Virus record (IMG/VR): IMGVR_UViG_3300036770_008700
Coordinates: 32,001 to 96,000 of that record
From: a virus
Length of the DNA stretch: 64,000 nt
Reading direction: 5' to 3' (one strand)
Below the pieces are notes generated by a model. The model saw only the letters and a list, made by a program, of their open reading frames with translations. It did no database searches and was not told the origin of the DNA. The position numbers and the translations under genes were made by a program. Each line of letters opens with the position of its first letter. Position 1 is the first letter of the stretch. This document shows positions 1 through 8,325 of the stretch, in pieces.

Positions 1-34
1 AAACAGATAACTCATTTTATCGTCTATGGCTAAT

Positions 35-202
35 TTACTTCAATGTAGATACTTCAAAACTATAACCACACTTCTCACAAGCTAGCTTTGTTTTAGTTTT
101 GTCAAGCTTCATCATGTGCTGCAACGCACATTCAGTGTTGTTGCTGTTCATGCGCTTAATTAGGCCAGACGCAGCGTTACTAGCAAATATCGTTGTTTCC
201 AT
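35..202 (-). CDS. small putative Zn-ribbon protein (55 aa)
   Basis: Hand-translated ORF below the track cut-off: METTIFASNAASGLIKRMNSNNTECALQHMMKLDKTKTKLACEKCGYSFEVSTLK; C/H pair plus CEKC; co-directional with neighbours. Confidence 0.5.
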   Translation of the reverse strand: METTIFASNAASGLIKRMNSNNTECALQHMMKLDKTKTKLACEKCGYSFEVSTLK

Positions 203-218
203 ACTTTCTCTTTCATAT

Positions 219-602
219 TCAAATTTTCTTGCGTTGGCTTTTAGTAACCTTGCGAATGTTTGCTTCCATCAAAGCTAGCTCACCAACCTCTACATTCTTT
301 CCAGCTTCCGCATGACGCTTCTTGAGATGATAGCTCTTGTGACAACTAGAATGACACAACACCATCCCAGCCACATATTCAAGATTCTCCCAATCATCAA
401 CCTCTCGTGAGCCGATCACGTGATGCAATGTAAGACTTTTACCGGGATAACGAGGATTGTAACCTTCTGCCAACGAACCTCCACAAATCGCACAAGGATG
501 CATTCTAATGACAAACTGCATAATCCAGTCAAGCTGCTTAACCTTGCTCGTCACAGACCCCTTGCGACGTACAACAGCCTTCTTGACAATATCCTTTTTC
601 AT
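219..602 (-). CDS. HNH endonuclease-like protein
   Basis: CAICG, LTLHHV and LCHSSCHKSYH give the Zn-binding HNH pattern. Confidence 0.65.
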   Translation of the reverse strand: MKKDIVKKAVVRRKGSVTSKVKQLDWIMQFVIRMHPCAICGGSLAEGYNPRYPGKSLTLHHVIGSREVDDWENLEYVAGMVLCHSSCHKSYHLKKRHAEAGKNVEVGELALMEANIRKVTKSQRKKI

Positions 603-632
603 ACCAAAAGAATATCACAGTAAATAGATTAT

Positions 633-938
633 CTAAAGATTTAGGTTGATTTTTTTTGGATTAACTTTTTTCCAGTAACCTAAACCAGCTTCGCTAACTT
701 GTATCCACACTGGACATGCATCGCCAGTTAATACCTTCATCCAGTAATAGTTTACAGATGATGTTGTATACTCAGATATCGATGGCCATATGTCAGCTTG
801 ATTTTTAATCTCAAGCAAAACAACATATGAACCATCTTCAATATGAACACGATCAAAGTAGTATGAAACACTGCCTGGATTGCCAACATGACCATGAAAC
901 TTCCAGGGCGCTTTATACAACTTTCCTATCTCCAACAT
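633..938 (-). CDS. hypothetical protein, distant member of the 'GKLY' family at 8883-10061
   Basis: Likely start MLEIGKLY (938; 953 is an alternative); shares xGKLY, LLE, KVLT and WI with the four tandem paralogs. Confidence 0.6.
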   Translation of the reverse strand: MLEIGKLYKAPWKFHGHVGNPGSVSYYFDRVHIEDGSYVVLLEIKNQADIWPSISEYTTSSVNYYWMKVLTGDACPVWIQVSEAGLGYWKKVNPKKINLNL

Positions 939-994
939 CTTGGTTTTCTTCATTTGACTGGTAAAAGTAATCAGTAATGTTAAGTAACTTACCT

Positions 995-2062
995 TCACAT
1001 AGAAAGGTTCTGAGCCGTGAATCCAGAAAGCTCTTGAATACGCTCCACGTAATAAGCCTTGAGAGACTTGCTAATACCCCGCCAAACTTCATCGGCAACT
1101 GTGGCAGTTGTACGAAGAGAGGTAGGAGTAGGGTCAACACGAGGCTGTGCATACGGGTTGGTAATAGTATAAGACGGATTAGTGTTACCACGCTGGCCGG
1201 GAAGCTTCTTGATAAGAATTCCATGCATGGTCTTGAGTTGTGAGATAGCAACCTTGATACTGCTAGGAGCAAGACCACTGCGATTAGCAATCGTAGCAAG
1301 AAACAACGTGCCACCACCATTGCGGTGACTTGCCATAAACACATCATAAACCTTCTGGCAACCAGAAGTCATGCCAATCCAAGACGCACGAGGACGACCA
1401 CGGCGAGCAGCAGGTTGAGCAACAGTCGCAGCAGAACCCTTTGAAGCTTTAATAAAGGATGAAAGAAATTCAACCCAATTCAGAATGGTATCACCATTGA
1501 TAGAACCAGAATGCTGGCGAAATTCAATCGTGTTATGCTTGGCAAGCGCATGAAGGTTAACCTTGTAATAACGATCAGGCAAAACACGCTGGAGAGCGTG
1601 CATAGTTTGGCAACTTTCAACCATATTAACTACATTAGAACCGCCCTTTGTGTAATACACATCAGAACCACGACGATTGGTAGGCATCATAAGATCAATG
1701 GTGCTCTCAAATTTAGTGTAACGATGGAAAACAGTCTTAACCTCTTCAACGCTAAGATCGCTTGCGTCAATATGAACATGCAATCCACAACTGCGATTAA
1801 CGAATGCACCCATCGCTTGAAGTGTTGCACATACCTTGCGCACAGTGCGCAAATCAGAAGCCTCTTCGGTGTCAAGAACAGGAGACACAAGCTCCATGCT
1901 GAAAAAACCATCAACATCAGACAATGAACCATCGTGCACAATACGCCATTCCGTACCATACCACTTTTCAATCATCAACCCACGCACATGCTTGCGCAAA
2001 TTCTCCACAGTGTTGAGAACGTTCTTGGGGCTGTAGAACTCGATCTCAATTCCGAACTTCAT
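995..2062 (-). CDS. putative amidoligase (COOH-NH2 ligase type 2) with C-terminal AT-hook/HTH-like insert
   Basis: FGIEIE, HDGSL, ELVSPVL, SCGLHVH, RYYKVN and TIEFRQHSG motifs; RRGRPR and a helical segment near the C-terminus. Confidence 0.85.
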   Translation of the reverse strand: MKFGIEIEFYSPKNVLNTVENLRKHVRGLMIEKWYGTEWRIVHDGSLSDVDGFFSMELVSPVLDTEEASDLRTVRKVCATLQAMGAFVNRSCGLHVHIDASDLSVEEVKTVFHRYTKFESTIDLMMPTNRRGSDVYYTKGGSNVVNMVESCQTMHALQRVLPDRYYKVNLHALAKHNTIEFRQHSGSINGDTILNWVEFLSSFIKASKGSAATVAQPAARRGRPRASWIGMTSGCQKVYDVFMASHRNGGGTLFLATIANRSGLAPSSIKVAISQLKTMHGILIKKLPGQRGNTNPSYTITNPYAQPRVDPTPTSLRTTATVADEVWRGISKSLKAYYVERIQELSGFTAQNLSM

Positions 2063-2068
2063 ACAACT

Positions 2069-2077
2069 AGAATACCA
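2069..2077 (-). promoter_or_regulatory. extended -10 promoter (TGgTATTCT), probably leaderless
   Basis: Minus strand reads tggtattct-agttgt-ATG; similar TGnTAnnnT elements lie a few nt before the starts at 602, 10061 and 51544. Confidence 0.5.
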
Positions 2078-2263
2078 AACGTTAAGAAATTTCTAAAGGA
2101 ATTCTTTCTTTTTTATCTTAACGTTTTTTTAGCTGCTTTACAGGCAAAAATTTAGTAAACAAACTGAACCATTGAATGATAGCAAACAAAAAAACAAGCA
2201 AGTGAATTATTTGTGGATGTTTATCTTTAAAGTTTAGGTGTGACTTGTTATGATAGAGTTTAT

Positions 2264-2359
2264 ATGGGCGACAACGTTTTGGAAGATACGATTGCAGGAG
2301 TGTATTTTTGCATGGTGATTCCATTTGTTATTGTTTTGGCATACAACGTTTTCAACTGA
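2264..2359 (+). CDS. small single-pass membrane protein (31 aa)
   Basis: Hand-translated MGDNVLEDTIAGVYFCMVIPFVIVLAYNVFN; preceded by TGtTATGAT; first ORF of the + strand unit. Confidence 0.5.
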   Translation: MGDNVLEDTIAGVYFCMVIPFVIVLAYNVFN

Positions 2360-2375
2360 TTGAAAGGTGAAATAC

Positions 2376-2582
2376 ATGAGTAACGATGTTTTTGTTGTAA
2401 TGGAAGGTGCAAAGATTGCTGGCGTTTATCGTTATAGAGAGGATGCTGTTAGTCATGCACAAGCCTGTGGAGGAAATTTTATCGTGCAACCTATTCGTAA
2501 CGAGATTCCTGGTTGGGTTCAAGTTATGGTAGATTCAGCAAAGAAAAAGGCTCAAATGCAAAGCTCGGGAGTAATAAGATGA
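2376..2582 (+). CDS. hypothetical protein
   Basis: ATG at 2376 after aaaggtg SD; ATGA overlap with next gene. Confidence 0.65.
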   Translation: MSNDVFVVMEGAKIAGVYRYREDAVSHAQACGGNFIVQPIRNEIPGWVQVMVDSAKKKAQMQSSGVIR

Positions 2583-3025
2583 GTAAAGAAACATTTAAAC
2601 CATCAAAGAATGCTGCCGAAATGTTAGCAGAAATGCATGACATGAGTGATGAAGAACTTGAATGGTTTAGTGATATGGGAATGGGTATTGCTGCCACAAT
2701 GGAAGACTTAACCGCTCAAATTGAGAATCCACCAAAAAAGCGTGTTAAAGGCTGCGAAGTGATTCACTTGGGAGCAGAGTTGTTTTTACCAATGCGTGCC
2801 TTAAAACAAAGGCTAGAAGCCGGTGGTTTAGAACTAGAAGATTATGTCCGAGAACTTGACCAAATTGTTGATAGGTTGAGTTTTGTTGTAACAGAAAATC
2901 AAAAAGTACTAAGCAACCCCAAGGTTCGTAACCATATGAAACAATTAGCAAACGCTGTTGTGCTTCACCTGGAAGCTGGTCCAGTGCTCAATAATATGTT
3001 TGGTATTCTTAGTCAAGAACAGTGA
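2579..3025 (+). CDS. hypothetical protein (helical)
   Basis: Likely start MSKETF at 2579, coupled to upstream stop. Confidence 0.7.
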   Translation: MSKETFKPSKNAAEMLAEMHDMSDEELEWFSDMGMGIAATMEDLTAQIENPPKKRVKGCEVIHLGAELFLPMRALKQRLEAGGLELEDYVRELDQIVDRLSFVVTENQKVLSNPKVRNHMKQLANAVVLHLEAGPVLNNMFGILSQEQ

Positions 3026-3044
3026 CAGGTCATGTTTTGTTCAA

Positions 3045-3479
3045 CTACCCCAATCCTGGCGAATAAACGATAAAGTTTTCAAAACTAGCTGAACCTGTGT
3101 GATAAGGGTCACTTGCATTAAATGTGAATGACCCCGTAAGCGTTGGTATGCTTGCTGTTGGAATGCCTGTTAATCCAGCTAAAATCTGAAAATTAACTGA
3201 TCCGCTGCCACTTGGTTTCTTAAGATATATTTCTTTTACACGAACTTCAAATGTAGCATATCCATTGCTACCGATTGTAAAATGATTGGAATTACTGACT
3301 CCGAACGCTGTAAATCCAACATCTAAAGAACTAGTATTGGAATGAATCGTTATAAACTTGGTAACGTAGGGAAAGCTTATTTTAACTGGCGTTGTTGAAG
3401 CAGATGATGCTGTAACATATGGCAAACCAGATGCTAGGTAAGCTGGAACATCATTATAGCCGGGAGAGGGATATTGCAT
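3045..3479 (-). CDS. putative virion structural protein, paralog of 3483-3902
   Basis: Beta-rich, S/T/G-rich; shares SGLPY, FPYVTKFIT, TFEVRVKE and AGLTGIPTASIPTLTGS with neighbour. Confidence 0.7.
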   Translation of the reverse strand: MQYPSPGYNDVPAYLASGLPYVTASSASTTPVKISFPYVTKFITIHSNTSSLDVGFTAFGVSNSNHFTIGSNGYATFEVRVKEIYLKKPSGSGSVNFQILAGLTGIPTASIPTLTGSFTFNASDPYHTGSASFENFIVYSPGLG

Positions 3480-3482
3480 AAA

Positions 3483-3902
3483 TCAACCGATACCTTCATA
3501 AGTTAAAACATTAGTGAATGAATTGCTGCCAGTAAAATAAGGATCAGACGAGCTAAATGGATATGAGCCTGTGAGTGTTGGAATGCTTGCTGTTGGAATA
3601 CCTGTTAATCCAGCAATGATATGAAAAGTATGAGCACCATCAATATACATTTCTTTTACTCGAACTTCAAATGTAACGGTATCATTGTTGGAAATACTGA
3701 AATAGTTTGTCCCTGCAACACCGTTTGCTGTGAATCCAATCTTTAAAGATCCACCGTCAGCTTTCACTGTAATAAACTTGGTCACGTAAGGAAACTGCAC
3801 ATGATATGCAGGTGCTGATGTTGCGGTGCCTGTGAGAGCATATGGTAGTCCAGAAATTTGATAAGCTGGAGTAAAGTTAAAGCCGGGCTGTGGCCATTGC
3901 AT
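3483..3902 (-). CDS. putative virion structural protein, paralog of 3045-3479
   Basis: Same conserved blocks as neighbour; AATAGTTAT motif upstream. Confidence 0.7.
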   Translation of the reverse strand: MQWPQPGFNFTPAYQISGLPYALTGTATSAPAYHVQFPYVTKFITVKADGGSLKIGFTANGVAGTNYFSISNNDTVTFEVRVKEMYIDGAHTFHIIAGLTGIPTASIPTLTGSYPFSSSDPYFTGSNSFTNVLTYEGIG

Positions 3903-3969
3903 GTTGCTTATACCTTTTTTGTTGGTTGAACATAACTATTCAATAAACCAGAAAAGGATTTACAATCTC

Positions 3970-4092
3970 ATGCATGACAAACTTACTCTAGAAAAATGTT
4001 GCTCTGTGTTCGGTGACTCAAAATGGGCACCCCTCGCTGGCTTCCTAGCGGTTACAGAAGGTCTGCAAACCCTACACCACAGTCATCACTAA
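3970..4092 (+). pseudogene. truncated 5' remnant of a Dps/ferritin-like gene
   Basis: EKCCSVFGDSKWAPLAGFLAVTEGLQTLHHSHH* aligns ungapped (18/33 identical) to the Dps N-terminus at 4736 and stops where the HNH gene ends. Confidence 0.85.
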
Positions 4093-4691
4093 CCTTCCCA
4101 TCTATTGTTCTTTTTCAAGTTATCAAACGCTGGAAGAGGTTGTAAATTTTCAAGAGCCCAGCACGCTTTAAACTCTGATGAATCTGTCGAATCGTAATTA
4201 AACCAAGAATCTGGTCTTATGTGGTCGATATGCCAATAAGTTCCATGATTTTCCCACGACATTTCTGGCGTAAATTGTTTTTCTAAATGTTCTTTTAACT
4301 GCTCTAAAGTGTAACCTACAAGATCAATCCAGCTTGTCCTATTTTTCGTTAAAAATCTAGTTTTAAGAGCATGGTTCATTCGTCTGCTCATGTTTTCTCT
4401 TAAACGAAACTGTGGATCAGTTGCTCTTCTTATTCTATTTTGTTCGTTCAGTTGTTCTTTTAATCTTTCACGACGTTCACGTTGCTTTTGAACGTAATGA
4501 TCTCTTCGTTTATGTCTGATTTCTTTCTTTTTCTCACGCAGTTTAACTTTGTTTTTTTGACAATATTCACGGCATGGCTCTTTTCTGCAAATTTTGCATA
4601 TGCTAAGATGGCCATCTTTTGATTTTTTATTTTTGTGATAATCAGTTAATGGTTTTTCAATCGAACACGAACTGCACTTTTTCAACGTCAT
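4089..4691 (-). CDS. free-standing HNH homing endonuclease-like protein
   Basis: N-terminal CSSC/CKIC Zn finger, charged helix, C-terminal WHIDHIRP...LENLQPL...NLKKNN. Confidence 0.85.
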   Translation of the reverse strand: MTLKKCSSCSIEKPLTDYHKNKKSKDGHLSICKICRKEPCREYCQKNKVKLREKKKEIRHKRRDHYVQKQRERRERLKEQLNEQNRIRRATDPQFRLRENMSRRMNHALKTRFLTKNRTSWIDLVGYTLEQLKEHLEKQFTPEMSWENHGTYWHIDHIRPDSWFNYDSTDSSEFKACWALENLQPLPAFDNLKKNNRWEG

Positions 4692-4735
4692 ATACCTATC
4701 TATAAGTATTCTAAAAATAACTTAAAGGGATTTAT

Positions 4736-5233
4736 ATGGACAGTATTGATAATGTTTGGGAATCTATGGTTGAGATCTTTGGTCCAAATGAATATGCACC
4801 ATTAGCTGCATTTTTAGCTGCTACAGAAGCTCTTCAAATGATAGCGCACAGTCACCATTGGCAAACCAAAGGTGAAAACTTCTATGGCGATCACCTTCTT
4901 TATCAACGTCTGTATGAAGCTATCCTGCCTGAGATAGATTTGATTGGTGAAAAACTGATTGGTGTCAGCCAAGATGTTTCTCTTACCAACTACTTCAAAC
5001 GTGTTAAAGCAATGGAAATGTTTCTTAAAGCTGTAACACACAGCGATCAACCATATATTGTTGTAAGCCATGATGCAGAACTAACATACGTTCGTATGGG
5101 TGGCGAACTAATGGACCAACTAGAACAAGCTGGTTTGCTCACAAGAGGCTTGGAACAAATGCTAGGCAACGTTCTTGACAAACATGAAGAACATATCTAC
5201 TTGCTTGACCAAAGAGTTAAAAGCAACAAATGA
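4736..5233 (+). CDS. dps: Dps / ferritin-like protein
   Basis: HSHHWQTKGENFYGDHLLYQRLYE...DLIGEK matches the Dps ferroxidase signature. Confidence 0.8.
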   Translation: MDSIDNVWESMVEIFGPNEYAPLAAFLAATEALQMIAHSHHWQTKGENFYGDHLLYQRLYEAILPEIDLIGEKLIGVSQDVSLTNYFKRVKAMEMFLKAVTHSDQPYIVVSHDAELTYVRMGGELMDQLEQAGLLTRGLEQMLGNVLDKHEEHIYLLDQRVKSNK

Positions 5234-5856
5234 AACTATATCCAATATTATTTGAGCAACAAGAAACAGAGCATCCTTTCTCTCCAGAGTTGTTTGATGC
5301 TTTAAAAGAGTTTGTTGACAAAAACAATATTGAAAAGCTTGAAGCATTGATGCCAGAAATTAAAGAGTTGGTTTCATCAAACAAGTATCCAAATATAACA
5401 GATCCAAGTGATGTTAAAGTATATCGTGGAATGAAAATCAGCTTTAAACGAGCAGAAGAGCTATGCAAAACTTATCAATGCATAGAAGAAGAAACAAGTA
5501 AAAACAACGTTGTTTATAAGACGTTTAAAGGTTCTGTTGTTGTTCCTACTAAACGTAACGTACAAAGTTGGTCTGGAAATGTTAACGTTGGCATTCAATT
5601 TGCTATGGACCCAGAAATTGGTGGTGAAGTTCCAATCGTGTTCTCGGCAATAGCTTCAAAAGACAAGTTTTTCGGTAAGCCGGGAGAAATTGCAAGAATT
5701 GTTTTGCCAAGACGAGCGAGTGAAATGGAAACAATATCTATTTCTCCAGTAGAATCAGATGGTTTTGTTTTGGCAATTCCACCAGATGATTTCTTTGGAA
5801 GGAATCCAAGTTTAACCGATCCATATACCCTCAAGAAATTGACTTTAAAGCTCTGA
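5230..5856 (+). CDS. putative ADP-ribosyltransferase (R-S-E clade, Alt/Mod-like)
   Basis: VYRGM, QSWS...FA and EMETI in the order expected for R-S-E ARTs; N-terminal MKLYPILFE. Confidence 0.6.
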   Translation: MKLYPILFEQQETEHPFSPELFDALKEFVDKNNIEKLEALMPEIKELVSSNKYPNITDPSDVKVYRGMKISFKRAEELCKTYQCIEEETSKNNVVYKTFKGSVVVPTKRNVQSWSGNVNVGIQFAMDPEIGGEVPIVFSAIASKDKFFGKPGEIARIVLPRRASEMETISISPVESDGFVLAIPPDDFFGRNPSLTDPYTLKKLTLKL

Positions 5857-5888
5857 AATTATTTTGACACAAAAGGAGTATAAAACCC

Positions 5889-6542
5889 ATGCTTTTGTCT
5901 GATATATGGAAACTTCAAGGTTCGGCAAAACAAGAACAAGCATTGTTAGAAGAGCTAACTAAAGCTCCACTGGTGTTTAAAGAAGTAACGTTGCAAGACG
6001 CAACCAACGTTTTAGTTCTTCAAGTTACAAATGATTACTTGTGCTTGGAAACCATAAGAGTTTCCTTGTTGCCAGCAACAGCTCAAAAAGTTGCCAACCA
6101 TTTCAATTGTATACTTCCAACCAAAAACCTTGTTGATAAGATTTGGAAAGCTTGTGACTTAAAGTTAAACCCAAAGTCTATGTCAACCAATCGTGGTTCT
6201 TATGACACACTCAAAGCACACAATGACTCAATAAATACTCAAGTAAACAACCGAGAGTTTGTTTTGATTGGTGGTCATAAGAAAGACATTGTAATCAATA
6301 GCAAAATGCCAAAAGGCAAAGTAATCATATATGGCTGGCATTACCCTAATGGTAAACCTATTCAACCAGAAACAACTGTTCATGGTGATTTCTACAAAGA
6401 CTATTCACATGGAACAAGACTTGTAAGTAAAACTGTAATGTTGAATGGTGAAGTTAAAAATATCTGGGATGTGATTAACAGTGCTGTTTGGGAAAAACTG
6501 GTTGGAGATAAACCCTTTTTAGAAACTGGATATAGAGTTTAA
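5889..6542 (+). CDS. hypothetical protein, possibly enzymatic
   Basis: 217-aa ORF with enzyme-like motifs GHKKDIV, IYGWH, PIQP and YKDYSHGTRLV; family not named with confidence. Confidence 0.65.
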   Translation: MLLSDIWKLQGSAKQEQALLEELTKAPLVFKEVTLQDATNVLVLQVTNDYLCLETIRVSLLPATAQKVANHFNCILPTKNLVDKIWKACDLKLNPKSMSTNRGSYDTLKAHNDSINTQVNNREFVLIGGHKKDIVINSKMPKGKVIIYGWHYPNGKPIQPETTVHGDFYKDYSHGTRLVSKTVMLNGEVKNIWDVINSAVWEKLVGDKPFLETGYRV

Positions 6543-6575
6543 ACTTTATCCTTTTGTTTTAAGAACAAATTTAGG

Positions 6576-6698
6576 TTATTTGGTGGTTCGCAATCCACCA
6601 ACACAAATGACCCACGAATCTGTGGCGTCTTTCATTTCTGTGTTGTGGATTTTAGTTGTGTTTGGTTTTCCAATTTTCAGTATATTGTTTTTACTCAA
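6576..6698 (-). pseudogene. displaced 3' remnant of the RuvC-like resolvase gene
   Basis: Hand translation KNNILKIGKPNTTKIHNTEMKDATDSWVICVGGLRTTK* aligns ungapped to resolvase C-terminus KKHVAKTGKSANQEVFNSEMKDACDAWVVVVGGKRLDGIK. Confidence 0.85.
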
Positions 6699-7716
6699 TA
6701 CTGTTTGTGGGCAAAGTTGTAGAAACATTTTCTTTCTCTTCCTGATCTAATAAAATCCAACCCTTATAAGCCTTTCTTTTACCTTTAATCAAATCATGCA
6801 TTGATGATTGAGACAAACCATGTTCTTTGCAGAATTGGTTTAGGTTTGAAATAGGTCCAAAAACTTTATTTGTTGGGGATTGAATTCTCACATCATATGT
6901 ATTGCTTATTTTTGAGATTCTGTCAGTTTTTATTGAATCTTTTGTGATATGCTTATTTTCCAAAAGTCTCCAACCTTGGCAAATTTTAGCATAGCCATTA
7001 ATCATTGATCTAAAGTTTTTATCATTGATTCCATGCTCTCTGCAAAATGCTCTAAGATTAGTGATAGGACCATACTCTTTATTATTCGGGCACACAACCC
7101 GCACATCGTATACTTTTTGTAATTTTTGAGCTAGTAAATCTTTTGCTGGAATGTATGGAATGTCTTTATTTATTGCTAATCTCCAACCTTTACAAGTTTT
7201 TACTTTACCCTTTCTTAACTGCAAAAGATGCGAATAAAATATGTTGTTTTCTATGCAAAATTTACGTAAGTTAACCACCGACACAAATTTACCATTTGGA
7301 TCAATCAAATCTACTGATAGTTTTTTCTTGGAATTCGACAACTTTTGTTTAGTTTGCTCTGAGAGTTTTAAACCCAAATTAGAATAAGCAGTTGGATTAA
7401 TATTGTAACATTCATTTTGATTGTCATAATATTGATCAAGCCAATATTGCTCTCTCTGAACGATGTTGTCAACAGTGCAATGTTCTAAAACACGCATCTC
7501 AAAACTATCAAAATACTTCAAGTATTCTTTTTGCAGGTAAGGGCTTGCTCGTCCTTTTCTTAAATTTGTATTATGCACCCCAAGTCTTTTGGTAATCGAC
7601 AAACAACTTCCTATGTAAATTTTATTGTTTCTGACATTGCGTATTTGGTATATGGCTGGTGTTTTTGGAGTGTATTCACCATTCAATATAATTGGCCCTA
7701 GTAATCTTCTTGTCAT
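6691..7716 (-). CDS. GIY-YIG homing endonuclease with repeated C-terminal DNA-binding modules
   Basis: AIYQI...KIYIGS...R...EQYWLD...YN; NUMOD3-like LSEQTKQKLS; three NLxxFCxExxI...KGW repeats. Confidence 0.9.
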   Translation of the reverse strand: MTRRLLGPIILNGEYTPKTPAIYQIRNVRNNKIYIGSCLSITKRLGVHNTNLRKGRASPYLQKEYLKYFDSFEMRVLEHCTVDNIVQREQYWLDQYYDNQNECYNINPTAYSNLGLKLSEQTKQKLSNSKKKLSVDLIDPNGKFVSVVNLRKFCIENNIFYSHLLQLRKGKVKTCKGWRLAINKDIPYIPAKDLLAQKLQKVYDVRVVCPNNKEYGPITNLRAFCREHGINDKNFRSMINGYAKICQGWRLLENKHITKDSIKTDRISKISNTYDVRIQSPTNKVFGPISNLNQFCKEHGLSQSSMHDLIKGKRKAYKGWILLDQEEKENVSTTLPTNSIE

Positions 7717-7738
7717 GCGAGATAAGTAGTTATACCAT

Positions 7739-8299
7739 TTATTTTATCCCGTCAAGTCTCTTTCCTCCAACGACAACCACCCATGCATCACAAGCATCTT
7801 TCATTTCCGAGTTAAAAACTTCTTGATTGGCACTTTTACCTGTTTTTGCCACATGTTTTTTCCAAGGAAATTCTGGATGTAGTGCTGTGATAAAATCAAA
7901 CACTTTCTCTTTAACGGGACGTTTATCGGCTTTGTTATTCTTAAACCCTACAGCTTTTCTAGCAGAAGTTACGTTAACATCAACAACTTCTGCATTAAAA
8001 GCTTTATGGGAAAGATAGGAAATGATTCCATTAAATTTTGATAAGACTGCAAGTGTATCTGCGCTGCTAAAACCCTTACTAAACATCTTAGCATTAGCTT
8101 CAACATAGATACGTTCTACTTTTTTATCACCAACTAGTTTCTTTATCTCTTCAATACCTCTATCTGCTTTGTCCCACATAGTATGTAGTGTGCTGGAAGT
8201 CAATTTTACAGCATCAAATACAACAACTTGTTCATTTTCATCAACCAAACAAACTCCAGTGCAACTCGTGCTGATATCAAGTCCTAAGAAATATTTCAT
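7739..8299 (-). CDS. RuvC-like Holliday junction resolvase
   Basis: LGLDISTSCTG, IYVE, RKAVG and DACDA catalytic pattern; likely start MKYF at 8299 after aagga. Confidence 0.8.
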   Translation of the reverse strand: MKYFLGLDISTSCTGVCLVDENEQVVVFDAVKLTSSTLHTMWDKADRGIEEIKKLVGDKKVERIYVEANAKMFSKGFSSADTLAVLSKFNGIISYLSHKAFNAEVVDVNVTSARKAVGFKNNKADKRPVKEKVFDFITALHPEFPWKKHVAKTGKSANQEVFNSEMKDACDAWVVVVGGKRLDGIK

Positions 8300-8325
8300 A
8301 TTGATTCCTTTAACATCCCAAACAA

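Noticed and set aside
3970-7740. Group I introns or inteins around the HNH and GIY-YIG genes
   Set aside because: No room for ribozyme core sequence, no intein termini, and both dps and ruvC are already complete without splicing.
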